Shown in pieces: positions 1-9,771 of a stretch of DNA of 64,000 nucleotides. The stretch is from assembly GCA_964605775.1 (NCBI GenBank), contig CAZSDU010000007.1, positions 18,256 through 82,255 on the forward strand. The letters run 5' to 3'. This stretch comes from an uncultured Prolixibacteraceae bacterium. Its GTDB lineage: Bacteria > Bacteroidota > Bacteroidia > Bacteroidales > FEN-979. Numbering within the stretch: position 1 is the stretch's first letter; each line of letters opens with the position of its first letter. The translations under genes and the position numbers were made by a program. Under the pieces are notes generated by a model. The model saw only the letters and a program-made list of their open reading frames with translations. It was not told the DNA's origin and ran no database searches.

Positions 1-1491
1 AGGCACTGGATGGAAAATGTGACCGACTGGTGTATCTCAAGGCAACTCTGGTGGGGACAGAGAATCCCGGCCTGGTATCTTCCCGATGGGGAATTTGTTG
101 TTGCCAAAACCAGAGAAGAGGCTTGGAAAATTGTCCAAGCGGAAATCAATGGTCAAGGGTCAGACCTTACAATTGAAGATCTGAAGCAGGATGAAGACGT
201 ACTGGATACCTGGTTCTCATCATGGCTTTGGCCCATTTCTGTTTTTGACGGCATCAGAAACCCTGATAACCCTGATATATTGTATTATTTTCCAACTTCT
301 GTGCTGATTACTGCCTCAGATATCATTTTCTTCTGGGTGGCCAGGATGATCATGGCATCCTGGGAATACCGAAAAGCAATCCCTTTCAGGGATGTGTACT
401 TTACTGGTATGGTAAGGGATAAACTGGGTCGGAAGATGTCGAAATCACTCGGAAATTCTCCTGACCCCATCAACCTGATGGAAAGATACGGAGCCGATGC
501 GGTTCGTACCGGGATGCTGCTTTGTTCTCCTGCGGGGAATGATCTTTTATTCGATGAAGGGTTAATTGAACAGGGCAGAAACTTCTCCAATAAAATCTGG
601 AATGCCATGCGACTGGTCAAGGGTTGGCAAATAGATGATACCCTCGCCCAGCCCGACGTAAACAAGATTTCAGTTCAATGGTTTCATGCGGTATTTGATG
701 CCTCTTTGCATCAAATCAATGGACTTTATGCGACTTACCGCCTTTCGGAGGCACTGATGACCATCTACAAAATGATCTGGGACGATTTTTGTTCCTGGTA
801 CTTGGAATTGGTTAAACCCGCATACCAGCAACCCATCGACAGGATCACCTATGAAGAAAGCCTTTTGTTTTTCGAAAAGCTGATCAAGGTTCTCCATCCC
901 TACATGCCATTTATTACGGAAGAAATTTATCATCTTCTCCGGGATAGGAAACCTGGGGAATCCATCATGAATGCCCTCATGCCGGAACCATCTTCTTACG
1001 AAGAAAAGCTGATTCATCAGTTTTCCATGGCTGAAGAAGTCATCATGGCGGTGCGCAATATCCGTAAAGAAAAAAACATTCCTCAGAAGCAACCGTTATG
1101 CTTATATGTCAGGAAAAACAACAATGAGCAGGCAGAGGTAAGATTTGATGTCGTAGTGATCAAGCTATGCAATCTTTCCTGCCTCGATTATGTCGAAGAA
1201 AAAATTCCTGAGGCCCTCAGTTTTATCGTCGGTAGCACTGAGTTTTTTATTCCGTTGGGCAGCAATCTTAATATCGAAGATGAAATCAGAAAACTTGAAG
1301 AAGAGCTGGCTTATACCCGGGGTTTTCTTGATGCTGTGGACAGTAAGCTGAGGAATACCAATTTTGTTCAGCATGCGCCTTCCAGGGTAGTCGATGGCGA
1401 ACGAAAAAAGCAGTCGGATGCCCAATCCAAGATTAGGGTGTTGGAAGATCAGTTGTCAGCATATAAAAAGCAGGCCGGATTGCTTTCCTGA
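1..1491 (+). CDS. valS: Valyl-tRNA synthetase, C-terminal ~496 aa (5' end outside window)
   Basis: The frame is open from position 1 (RHW precedes the first Met at 10). It has the [18 protein letters not shown] block, the class-I KMSKS loop ([10 protein letters not shown]), a helical anticodon-binding domain and the C-terminal coiled coil typical of ValRS. Confidence 0.92.
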   Translation, partial: RHWMENVTDWCISRQLWWGQRIPAWYLPDGEFVVAKTREEAWKIVQAEINGQGSDLTIEDLKQDEDVLDTWFSSWLWPISVFDGIRNPDNPDILYYFPTSVLITASDIIFFWVARMIMASWEYRKAIPFRDVYFTGMVRDKLGRKMSKSLGNSPDPINLMERYGADAVRTGMLLCSPAGNDLLFDEGLIEQGRNFSNKIWNAMRLVKGWQIDDTLAQPDVNKISVQWFHAVFDASLHQINGLYATYRLSEALMTIYKMIWDDFCSWYLELVKPAYQQPIDRITYEESLLFFEKLIKVLHPYMPFITEEIYHLLRDRKPGESIMNALMPEPSSYEEKLIHQFSMAEEVIMAVRNIRKEKNIPQKQPLCLYVRKNNNEQAEVRFDVVVIKLCNLSCLDYVEEKIPEALSFIVGSTEFFIPLGSNLNIEDEIRKLEEELAYTRGFLDAVDSKLRNTNFVQHAPSRVVDGERKKQSDAQSKIRVLEDQLSAYKKQAGLLS

Positions 1492-3306
1492 TCAATGGGA
1501 GGGAACATGATCTGGAATAGACTTGCTCACCAGTTCGGCAATATCCATCACCGGTATTTCAGATTGTTTTGAGAAAGTCTTCTTACATAAAGGACAGGAT
1601 GTTGCCAGTACCTCAGGGTTAGCTTTAAGCAGGCACTCCAGTGCCTTTTCTGCCACACTATCTTTTTGTTCATTCGTTACCTTAAACAATCCAAGACTTC
1701 CTCCGCAACATAAGGCATTACTACCTTCCTGCTCGACTGTCACCAGATCGGTGATTTTCCCGAGAAGTTCGCGAGGAGCCTGATAAACCATGCTTCCCCG
1801 ACCGAGATCACAGGGATCATGATAGGCGACTTTGACAGGTTTATGATCAAGCAGGATCTTTCCTATTTTTACCAGGTTAAGAATATATTGGGTATGATGC
1901 TGTATGCTAAGGGGAAGCTTGTATTCTTCGTGGAACACCCGGTAGCAGATAGGGCAGGAGGTGACCAACAGGGTGGCACCTGAATCACGGATTGTTTTTT
2001 TATTGAATTCAATGAGTTCATTGGCTTGCTTATCTCTGCCGGCAAGCATTAATGGGCGACCGCAGCATACGCTGGCTTTCTGGTCAAGGTAGATGTAATC
2101 AACTTCAGCTTCTTCCATAATATGGATCATCGCCCTGGGGATGGAAGGGGTGAGATGGGACATACAACCGGCAAAATAGACCACTTTTGCTCTTTCCGGA
2201 CGGACTTCCTGCAGATATGAAAAACTAGTGGTCTGACCGGTACCGATTTCTCTGCGCTTAATTAACCGAAGAGCATCCTGATGAATGCCGACAGGGCATG
2301 CTTCCTGACAACGGCCACAAATCATGCAGGTCATGGTGACTTCCTCCCTGACAAACTGATCACGCATTCCGCGAATGAAATAAACCGCCTGGATATTGGT
2401 AATGTTTGCTGCAGTATTTAGCTGACAAACATCAATGCATACCCCGCAACGTGAACAGGAGTGGATTTCAACTTCAGAAAAGCTTGAAGACCATTTTTTA
2501 GGCTGAACACCAAAGCGGCGGAAAAAGATCAATAATATTTCCGTAGGAATATGCATATATCGGGAAGCCGGAAGCATGATAAAAAAGATACCCAGCATCA
2601 GGGAATATCCCCACCACATGGTATAAGCGACAAAATCCGATGGCAGTGGGGTTATCCTTACCAGGATTCCCCCCAGGGGTTGTGTAAAAAAACCGCCGCC
2701 GCTGCCATAGTAACCAGCCGTATAGGATTCGGCAAGCAAACGGAGAGGAAAAATCAACCAGAGTGCAGTCAGGGCGACTTTGTCGGTTAGTTGGGAGGTC
2801 GTTGTTCGCTGCATTCCAAACCATTTTGAGTATCTTCTTTTAATGAATGCAAGGACCAACCCGCTAAGGATAAAAAGGAGCAATAAGTCCATGATGAACC
2901 TGAAAAAACCCGGTACGGTATAAATTTCAAAGAAAAGTACCAGGCGGTCATGGATAAAGAATTTCAGGAAAATCGGATAATAGGGAGCATTAATATGGGT
3001 TCCGCTATACATACGGCTTTCGAAATTACCCATGACGATCAGCAGGAACCATCCCAGGGCAAAGCTCATGTGCATGTAGCCCAGTAGGGGATTTTTTTTC
3101 CACATCCGGTGATGGACCAAACCTTCCAGAAATACTTCTAACAGTGCGGAAAGAACCAGCCGAGGGGAACGTAAGCCCGATAAAAATTTGATCTTATCGA
3201 TCTTGGGCAAGGCTTTGATCCATTTAAACCAGCTTTTGGCAATGGCAAAGAGCATATAGATCAATCCCAGTAAAAAAGGAAGAACAAACAGATTAAAATT
3301 AATCAT
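1492..3306 (-). CDS. Membrane-anchored Fe-S oxidoreductase, HdrD/DsrK/GlpC-like: N-terminal polytopic membrane domain + 2x[4Fe-4S] motifs + two CCG-type Cys-rich domains (604 aa)
   Basis: The first ~270 aa form about six hydrophobic helices with His-containing motifs (LVHHRMW, GYMHMSF, SRYMHIP). These are followed by cluster motifs CSRCGVCIDVCQ and CMICGRCQEACP, then two Cys-rich halves (AGCMSH..VCCGRP..SCPICY and DPCDLGR..LCCGGS..SCPLC). Its start overlaps the stop of the upstream ferredoxin gene by 4 nt. Confidence 0.75.
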   Translation of the reverse strand: MINFNLFVLPFLLGLIYMLFAIAKSWFKWIKALPKIDKIKFLSGLRSPRLVLSALLEVFLEGLVHHRMWKKNPLLGYMHMSFALGWFLLIVMGNFESRMYSGTHINAPYYPIFLKFFIHDRLVLFFEIYTVPGFFRFIMDLLLLFILSGLVLAFIKRRYSKWFGMQRTTTSQLTDKVALTALWLIFPLRLLAESYTAGYYGSGGGFFTQPLGGILVRITPLPSDFVAYTMWWGYSLMLGIFFIMLPASRYMHIPTEILLIFFRRFGVQPKKWSSSFSEVEIHSCSRCGVCIDVCQLNTAANITNIQAVYFIRGMRDQFVREEVTMTCMICGRCQEACPVGIHQDALRLIKRREIGTGQTTSFSYLQEVRPERAKVVYFAGCMSHLTPSIPRAMIHIMEEAEVDYIYLDQKASVCCGRPLMLAGRDKQANELIEFNKKTIRDSGATLLVTSCPICYRVFHEEYKLPLSIQHHTQYILNLVKIGKILLDHKPVKVAYHDPCDLGRGSMVYQAPRELLGKITDLVTVEQEGSNALCCGGSLGLFKVTNEQKDSVAEKALECLLKANPEVLATSCPLCKKTFSKQSEIPVMDIAELVSKSIPDHVPSH

Positions 3307-3635
3307 CCGATACGTTCAATGGCCTGGTTCATGACTAATATCAGGTTACGCAGGTTAACACCCCTTGGGCAAACCAGCTGGCATTTTCCACATAACATAC
3401 ATTTCTGCATTTCTTTCTTCAGTTGGTGCATCTCTCCTCGTCTTAAAAAAGTATGAACCCTGCGGATGTTGAAATCGACAAATTGCCCGGCGCTGCATGT
3501 AGCTGTGCAGCCTCCGCAACCTATACAGGTTTTCACCGTAGGTTCATGGAGGATGAGGTAATTTAAATACCGCTTATCATTCGCATCATAATCAATCGAA
3601 CGGTCAGTTTGCACGCTGTATCCGAATGTTTTCAA
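3303..3635 (-). CDS. Small 2x[4Fe-4S] ferredoxin-like protein, HdrC-like (110 aa)
   Basis: Two cluster motifs, CIGCGGCTATCS and CMLCGKCQLVCP, are separated by a helical linker as in HdrC-type dicluster domains. The gene is wedged with a 3-nt gap and a 4-nt overlap between the flavoprotein and membrane Fe-S genes. Confidence 0.7.
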   Translation of the reverse strand: MKTFGYSVQTDRSIDYDANDKRYLNYLILHEPTVKTCIGCGGCTATCSAGQFVDFNIRRVHTFLRRGEMHQLKKEMQKCMLCGKCQLVCPRGVNLRNLILVMNQAIERIG

Positions 3636-3638
3636 GGC

Positions 3639-4664
3639 TTACGTTTTTGCATTCAGAAATGATATTGCCTGAAGTGCGGTTGACCTGGCATCAGCGATAT
3701 TATTCACAATGCATGAGGGACCTTTAACCGCCCCTGTAATAAAGACACCCGGAATCCCGGAATTATTATCCCCAATATGCTCATCCATAGATTTTAAAAA
3801 GCCATCCGCACCGACACTCAGCCCAAGCATTTTTGCCAGTCTGACGGTTTCCGGAGAGGGAACAAAGCCAACCAGTAGCACCATCAGGTCAACGGTCATT
3901 TTAAGGGGTCGCCCGGTCAGGGTATCTTCAGTTTTCAGGGTGATGCTAAGGTCTGGATTTTCGGCACATTCCGATAATCGTCCCCGGATGAAATTGATCC
4001 CCCATTTTTGCTGGGCTTCGAAGTATAATTCTTCAAAATTCCTGTCGAACATCCTCAGATCCATATAAAAGCAAAAAACTTCAGAATCAGGAAGTATTTC
4101 CTTTATTTCAATGGATTGTTTTACGCCGGTTACACAACATACTTTTGAGCAATAAATATTTCCTACTTTTTCGTCCCTGGATCCCACGCAATGAATAAAG
4201 GCGACTCTCTTCGGAGGTTTCCCTTGAGAAGTAACGATATCCTTCTTCGTTGTAAACCTGTCTTCCAGTTCAGCCGATGTGATCACATTATCATAAATGC
4301 CATACCCGTATTCTTCTTTTTTGCTTGCATCGAACAATTCGTAACCCGTAGCTAGGATGATGGCGTCCCCAATGAAGATTTCACCATTCTTCAACACTAT
4401 GGAAAACCCTTCACCATTAATAGAAATATCTTGTATTTCAGCGTGAAAATGGAGGTTTATTTTAGGATTTATTTTCTTTTTCAGGAAATCAATCACCTCA
4501 TGGCCAGGCCTGAAAGATGGAAAAAGTCTGTCCCAACGATAAACATGGCCTCCAAGATGGGATTCTTTTTCAAACAGATCAACCTCCAACCCGGCTTCCG
4601 ATAGGGCAGTAGCCGCCGTCATCCCGGCTATGCCACCACCGATAACAAGAATTTTTTTTGTCAT
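3639..4664 (-). CDS. FAD-dependent oxidoreductase, short HdrA/QmoA-like flavoprotein (341 aa)
   Basis: It has the N-terminal dinucleotide fold KILVIGGGIAGMTAA..DLFEK and the HdrA-type signature FIHCVGSRDEKVGNIYCSKVCC. No ferredoxin or MvhD-like extra domains are present. Confidence 0.7.
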   Translation of the reverse strand: MTKKILVIGGGIAGMTAATALSEAGLEVDLFEKESHLGGHVYRWDRLFPSFRPGHEVIDFLKKKINPKINLHFHAEIQDISINGEGFSIVLKNGEIFIGDAIILATGYELFDASKKEEYGYGIYDNVITSAELEDRFTTKKDIVTSQGKPPKRVAFIHCVGSRDEKVGNIYCSKVCCVTGVKQSIEIKEILPDSEVFCFYMDLRMFDRNFEELYFEAQQKWGINFIRGRLSECAENPDLSITLKTEDTLTGRPLKMTVDLMVLLVGFVPSPETVRLAKMLGLSVGADGFLKSMDEHIGDNNSGIPGVFITGAVKGPSCIVNNIADARSTALQAISFLNAKT

Positions 4665-4684
4665 TTGATAAAGATAACCAAATA

Positions 4685-5377
4685 TTATTTTGCAGTAAAT
4701 ACATACTGCAGGATATTCACTCCCATTTGCAAGGCTTTTTGTCTTACTGATTCCGGGTCATGATGAACATCCGGATCTTCCCATCCGTCACCCAGGTCGC
4801 ATTCGTAAGTGTAAAAGCAAACAAGCCGGCCTTCATAAAGAAGACCAAATCCCTGGGGCGGTTTACCGTCATGTTCGTGAGTTTTTGGTAAGCCCCTGGA
4901 AAATTCAAATTTCTGATGGTAAATAGGATGATCAAATGGAAGTTCGATAAAGTCAAGTTCGGGAAATACCTTTTTCATTTGTGGACGAATGAATTGATCC
5001 AGTCCATAATTGTCGTCAATATGAAGAAAACCACCAGCCATCAGGTAATTTCTCAGGTTGCTGATCTCCTGGTCGGAAAAAATCACATTCCCGTGTCCTG
5101 TCATGTGAATGAACGGATAATTGATGATCTCTGCACTTCCCACTTCGATGGTTGCAATATCCTCGCTGATATTCGTGCCCAGATTCTGGTTGGAAAACCT
5201 TACCAGATTGACCAGGGAGGTAGGGTTGGCATACCAATCACCTCCGCCCCCGTATTTCAGTAATGCAATCTGAAAGGATGGAGGTGTAAAAGATGAATTA
5301 ACCAGCATGATTAGGATTAAAATCACCATGATAGGCCATCGAAATAAAATCAGGGGTGTAGCGTCAGGAGTCCTCAC
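4685..5377 (-). CDS. DUF4159-like secreted/membrane-anchored protein (230 aa; alternative start at 5329)
   Basis: An N-terminal hydrophobic anchor (MVILILIMLVN) is followed by the LKYGGGGDWYANPTSLVNL block that I recognise from DUF4159 proteins, which commonly neighbour rsmE in Bacteroidota. The longest ORF overlaps rsmE by 14 nt, so the Met at 5329 is an alternative start. Confidence 0.6.
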   Translation of the reverse strand: MRTPDATPLILFRWPIMVILILIMLVNSSFTPPSFQIALLKYGGGGDWYANPTSLVNLVRFSNQNLGTNISEDIATIEVGSAEIINYPFIHMTGHGNVIFSDQEISNLRNYLMAGGFLHIDDNYGLDQFIRPQMKKVFPELDFIELPFDHPIYHQKFEFSRGLPKTHEHDGKPPQGFGLLYEGRLVCFYTYECDLGDGWEDPDVHHDPESVRQKALQMGVNILQYVFTAK

Positions 5378-6074
5378 GGTTCATCAGGTTTATGATATGA
5401 CATCCGGCAATTCCTGCTGTTTCTGTACGAAGCCTGCTTGGCCCCAGGCTGACAGGGGAAAACCCTTGGTTTTTAGCTGCATCGACTTCTTCAGGGGAGA
5501 AATCTCCTTCAGGTCCGATTAACAAGATGACATCATGACCTTTTTTATAATGTCTTTGAAGCTCAAGTTCATGTCCTGTTTCACAGTAGGCTATAAATTT
5601 TTGTCCGGTGAGAGGTCTCCGGATAAAATCCTTTAGTTTCTGAGGTTCACCCAGCCTGGGAAGAAAGGCTTTCAGTGACTGTTTCATGGCCGCGACCATC
5701 ACTTTTTCAAGTCTTGGTAATTTTACACTGTCCCTTTCCGAATGTTTACAGATTAAGGGTGTTACCTCATCAATTCCAATCTCCGTAGTTTTTTCAAGAA
5801 AGCATTCAAATCGTTCGAGTCCCTTGGTCAGGGCCATACCGATATGAAGATTCCACTGTTTATGCCGGGAATCTTGGGTGGTTTTCCGGATCAACACTTC
5901 GCAACCTTTAGGTTGAATCCTGGTCAATACTGCTTCGAAAAAATTCCCCATTCCATCGGTCAGGTTAATGATATCCCCTTCTCTGTAGCGCATAACCTTT
6001 GCCACATGCCAGGATTCTTCTTCACTCAGAATCCAGGTGTTTCCTTGTAAACCCGGGGCGTAGTAAAGATTCAT
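5364..6074 (-). CDS. rsmE: 16S rRNA (uracil1498-N3)-methyltransferase
   Basis: A 236-aa protein with an N-terminal PUA-like segment (HVAKVMRYREGD) and a C-terminal SPOUT-fold motif (LLIGPEGDFSPEE) typical of RsmE. Confidence 0.85.
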   Translation of the reverse strand: MNLYYAPGLQGNTWILSEEESWHVAKVMRYREGDIINLTDGMGNFFEAVLTRIQPKGCEVLIRKTTQDSRHKQWNLHIGMALTKGLERFECFLEKTTEIGIDEVTPLICKHSERDSVKLPRLEKVMVAAMKQSLKAFLPRLGEPQKLKDFIRRPLTGQKFIAYCETGHELELQRHYKKGHDVILLIGPEGDFSPEEVDAAKNQGFSPVSLGPSRLRTETAGIAGCHIINLMNREDS

Positions 6075-6082
6075 CAGCCTGT

Positions 6083-9000
6083 TTATTTCATGATCAGTTT
6101 CTCGATCTGAATTTCTTTATCCATAATCATCTGGATATAGTAAACGCCTTTTGGATACTGGGTGAGGTCAATATTTTGACGGTAGCCTGAGGGCAGTTCG
6201 GGAAGAGCTGAGGTATAGATTTTCATTCCATTGACATTGTAAATGGTCAATGTTGCAGGAGGACTGTTTTGGTTGGTTTCCAGGGTGAAATGACCGTTTG
6301 ACGGATTCGGGAAAAACCTGAAGATGGATTTGATCTTTTCGCTGTCAGGCAAGCCAACAGTACCATTAACCAGAATGTCATGGATAAAAAGGTTATTTCC
6401 CGATCTGTTGAAGGACTCGAACATTAATTTAACGTTTTTCTTGCTCACCCAAGGTGTCAGGTTCAGGGAATAACAACCCACGCCATAACTGCCTCCGCAC
6501 CAGTCGTTGGATGACGCTGGATAAAAAGCATAACTTGCCGGGGGAAAGGTCACAAAAGCATTGGGTGTGCCATCAGGTCCTGTTGCCAGTATTCTTGTCC
6601 AATGTAACCCGCAATCCTCTGAGATATAGACAATCAGTGAATCTTTTAAAGAACCACGCTGTGCATAGGCATGATGGAAGGTCAGTGTAAGGGAAACATA
6701 ATTGGTGAAATCCATGGGTGGACTGGTCAGTCGATCCCGGGTGTTCAGTGCGCTATAGCTAAAAAAATTCATCCAGACGGATTTCGTCCCATTCATCGTT
6801 CCGGGAACATGGATAGTGTCCCAGGTCCTGCCTCCGTCAGGATTGATGACCGTCCAATGTTGTGAGTCCAAACCGTTTTCGAAGGAGGAGGTGAAAGGAA
6901 GATTATACCCGCCACTGAGGATAAAAGCTGTTCTTGTCAGGGTATTGGATCCCGCGCCATTGGTAACGGTAAGACGAACTTCATAAGCGCCGGTCTGGTT
7001 GAATTGGACAACCGGATTCCGGCTTGAATTTGATGTGCCTTCAAGAAATGAGACAGTTGATGGAATGAATTGCCAGTTCCAGGATAATGGACAATTGATG
7101 GACAAATCAGTAAAATGAACGGTATCATTGGCGCAGGGTACACGGTTGCTGGCAGTGAAATCAACCTGGGGAAGAAGGGTACTGCTAACGGTAATATAAT
7201 TTGTCTTTGTTGTCGAATCCGTACCCAGGGAATTCCAAACTTTAAGTTTTACAAAATAACTTCCTGCTACCGGATAAAGAATATCTGTGGGATTTTTTAA
7301 GCTCGAAGTGGAGGGTGTGCCTCCTTCAAAAGTCCAGAGATAATGAGTGGGAATCCCGCTGGAAAGGTCTGTAAAATCAATGGCACAGTTGGTAGGGATA
7401 AGGGTATTTTCTGCCTGAAAATCGGCGGTGGGAGAGGAACTGCACATGGAGGATCCCCAGAGTCCACGGCCATAGGTACTTGCCCTTATAGCGTCATTAG
7501 AAACATTAGCATTGTCATAATAGATTTCCAGTTCCGTCACCCTTCCGTTATCTGGTAATCCTCCGCTGAATGGAATCCAGTCGCTGAAAGAAGCATCTTT
7601 GTAATAAACGCCGGCATCTGAACCCACATAAAGACCTTCATTGCTGTTTTTATAATAAGCAATGGTATTCAGACTTATGTTGGGAAGCCCTCCGGTTATA
7701 TCGGTCCAGCTGAGGCCTTTATTAGTGGATTTGTAAACTCTCTTATTCATCGTCATATAAACAACATTGGGATCGGTTGGAGAAGCTTCGATGTCAGTAG
7801 CGGTTCCACCGACAGGCAGGTTGGTTGTGATATTGTTCCAAACGGGATCCGTCCCCAGGGCATTATCCGTTCTGAAAAGTTTGTTGTCGTATCTTACAGC
7901 ATAAAGAATATTGGGATCAGCAGGAGATTGTTCCAGTACCGCTAAGTCACTGCTGTTGCTGCCGGCAAGATTGTCAGAGATTTTTGTCCAGTTCACATTA
8001 TTTGCCCTGACATCTGTACATCTCCATATATTCTTCAGTCCGACAAACATGTATTTGGGATCGTTTTCACCCAGGCTAAACGGAGTGACCCATGCCCCCT
8101 GCTCTCCATTGATATTCTGGCCGGCGACCTGGACTTCATTCCCATTATGCTGACGGAAGACGTCCCCATAATAAATTGTATAATAGATATAGGAGGCATC
8201 TGACGGGTCGATGGCACATTCCATACCATCCCCACCGCCGGTTTGCAACCAGCCAGTGGCTGTATAGGTATAAGTCCCGTTATCCTGAAATCCATTGATT
8301 ACTTTTTCCTTTACGGTTTGTGATTGTCCCAGTTTATAAATCTGTCCGATCGTCATGCCTTCTGTACGGTCCATCCAGCTTGATCCGCCATTGTCGGTAA
8401 AATATAATCCTCCGTCATTACAGGCCCAAAGTTTTCCATTGACAGGCGAAAAAGTAAGGAAATGGCAGTCTGCATGTACGGCCGGAACACTGCATCCTCC
8501 GTACCAATGGGAATTGATCGTCCAGGTAGTCCCTCCGTTGATGGATTTAAAAACATTCACTCCTCCGACATAAACAATTTCAGCATTCACAGGATCGACC
8601 GCGAGGGCAAGATCGTACCATCCCTGACCTCCGGAGGAGGTAGTACCACAATCCCAGTTGAGGATATTTGGCGTTGTGGATCTTGTGGTAAAGGTAATTC
8701 CTGCATCAGAAGAACGATATAATCCTTTATATCCGCTGCTATTGTCTGAGAGTAAAAAATAAACGTAATTAGGGTTGGCTGAGGAAACTGCAATGACACC
8801 TCTTTGTTGGCTGCTGGGTAATCCGGAGGTAATTTTGGTAAAATTCACTCCATTGTCTGAGGATCGGTAAAAATCAGCATTGAAGGCGGCATAAACAGTA
8901 TTGGGATCGCCAGGTTTAAAGCATATATCTTTGAAATTACCTGCTTTGCTTAATGTCCAGGATGAGCCTCCGTCGGACGAACGGTATACGCCTCCACTGG

Positions 9001-9745
9001 TTGCTGCAAGAAAGATCATGGAATTTGCTGGGTGCTGGATGATACGGCCTACCGTTTTATCTCCCATACCTGACTTGGAAGGTGACCAAGTGTTTCCTCC
9101 ATCAGAACTTACAAAAATGCCAAGTCCGGGGGCATCCCCGGCATCCCTGTCACCGGTACCGATAAAAATTTTCTCAGTGTTTGATTGATCTACTACGATG
9201 GCGGAGACGCCGAGGGTAGGCAAGGTATCGGTGGTGGTAGTCCAGGTACTCCCGGCATCTGCCGACTTCCAGAAACCTCCGGAGGGGGATCCCACGTATA
9301 TTTTAGAGGGATTTGTCGGGTGAAACGCGATCACATTCAAACGCCCGAGTCCTTCATATCCGGCAGGACCCGGAGAAGGAATATAAGTAGGCCCGAGATT
9401 GACCCAGTTACCAGCAGAGGAATTTGTCTTCTTATGCAGGGAATGAATGGCTTTAAAGGTTTCATCAGGGGCAGGAAGGCTGCCGTCGGGATTGATCCTG
9501 CTTTGCATCATGTATTCCCAGCGCTTGAATACTTTCCAACCGCAACCTTTGGTGATGTTACGGTTGTGCCAGTATAGATTAAAGGCTCTTTGCGTCCTGA
9601 AAAAGTTGGCATGAGGATCCTGCATCATCTGGATCCAATAGGGAAAGTCAGCAGTATCGTTGGAATAAGATACAGACTTGGTTTGTGCTTTACCTGTGAG
9701 TGTCAAAAATATCAACAACAGGAATAGAAAAGTAAGTTTTTTCAT
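6083..9745 (-). CDS. Large secreted T9SS cargo protein: BNR/Asp-box beta-propeller region + two PKD-like domains + further beta-sandwich region + T9SS C-terminal sorting domain (1220 aa)
   Basis: The signal peptide is MKKLTFLFLLLIFLTLTGKAQ. There are at least eight Asp-box motifs (SADAGSTW, SSDGGNTW, SSDGGSSW, SINGGTTW, TDNGGSSW, STNKGLSW, SEDCGLHW and others). Two PKD-like segments are present (ADFQAEN..YFVKLKVWNSLG and VDFTASN..YEVRLTVTNGAG). The terminal ~80 aa (FFPNPSNGHFTLE..LTIYNVNGMKIY..KGVYYIQM) match the T9SS CTD pattern. Confidence 0.85.
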   Translation of the reverse strand: MKKLTFLFLLLIFLTLTGKAQTKSVSYSNDTADFPYWIQMMQDPHANFFRTQRAFNLYWHNRNITKGCGWKVFKRWEYMMQSRINPDGSLPAPDETFKAIHSLHKKTNSSAGNWVNLGPTYIPSPGPAGYEGLGRLNVIAFHPTNPSKIYVGSPSGGFWKSADAGSTWTTTTDTLPTLGVSAIVVDQSNTEKIFIGTGDRDAGDAPGLGIFVSSDGGNTWSPSKSGMGDKTVGRIIQHPANSMIFLAATSGGVYRSSDGGSSWTLSKAGNFKDICFKPGDPNTVYAAFNADFYRSSDNGVNFTKITSGLPSSQQRGVIAVSSANPNYVYFLLSDNSSGYKGLYRSSDAGITFTTRSTTPNILNWDCGTTSSGGQGWYDLALAVDPVNAEIVYVGGVNVFKSINGGTTWTINSHWYGGCSVPAVHADCHFLTFSPVNGKLWACNDGGLYFTDNGGSSWMDRTEGMTIGQIYKLGQSQTVKEKVINGFQDNGTYTYTATGWLQTGGGDGMECAIDPSDASYIYYTIYYGDVFRQHNGNEVQVAGQNINGEQGAWVTPFSLGENDPKYMFVGLKNIWRCTDVRANNVNWTKISDNLAGSNSSDLAVLEQSPADPNILYAVRYDNKLFRTDNALGTDPVWNNITTNLPVGGTATDIEASPTDPNVVYMTMNKRVYKSTNKGLSWTDITGGLPNISLNTIAYYKNSNEGLYVGSDAGVYYKDASFSDWIPFSGGLPDNGRVTELEIYYDNANVSNDAIRASTYGRGLWGSSMCSSSPTADFQAENTLIPTNCAIDFTDLSSGIPTHYLWTFEGGTPSTSSLKNPTDILYPVAGSYFVKLKVWNSLGTDSTTKTNYITVSSTLLPQVDFTASNRVPCANDTVHFTDLSINCPLSWNWQFIPSTVSFLEGTSNSSRNPVVQFNQTGAYEVRLTVTNGAGSNTLTRTAFILSGGYNLPFTSSFENGLDSQHWTVINPDGGRTWDTIHVPGTMNGTKSVWMNFFSYSALNTRDRLTSPPMDFTNYVSLTLTFHHAYAQRGSLKDSLIVYISEDCGLHWTRILATGPDGTPNAFVTFPPASYAFYPASSNDWCGGSYGVGCYSLNLTPWVSKKNVKLMFESFNRSGNNLFIHDILVNGTVGLPDSEKIKSIFRFFPNPSNGHFTLETNQNSPPATLTIYNVNGMKIYTSALPELPSGYRQNIDLTQYPKGVYYIQMIMDKEIQIEKLIMK

Positions 9746-9771
9746 ATAATATCAGGAGATAAGTGTTACTG

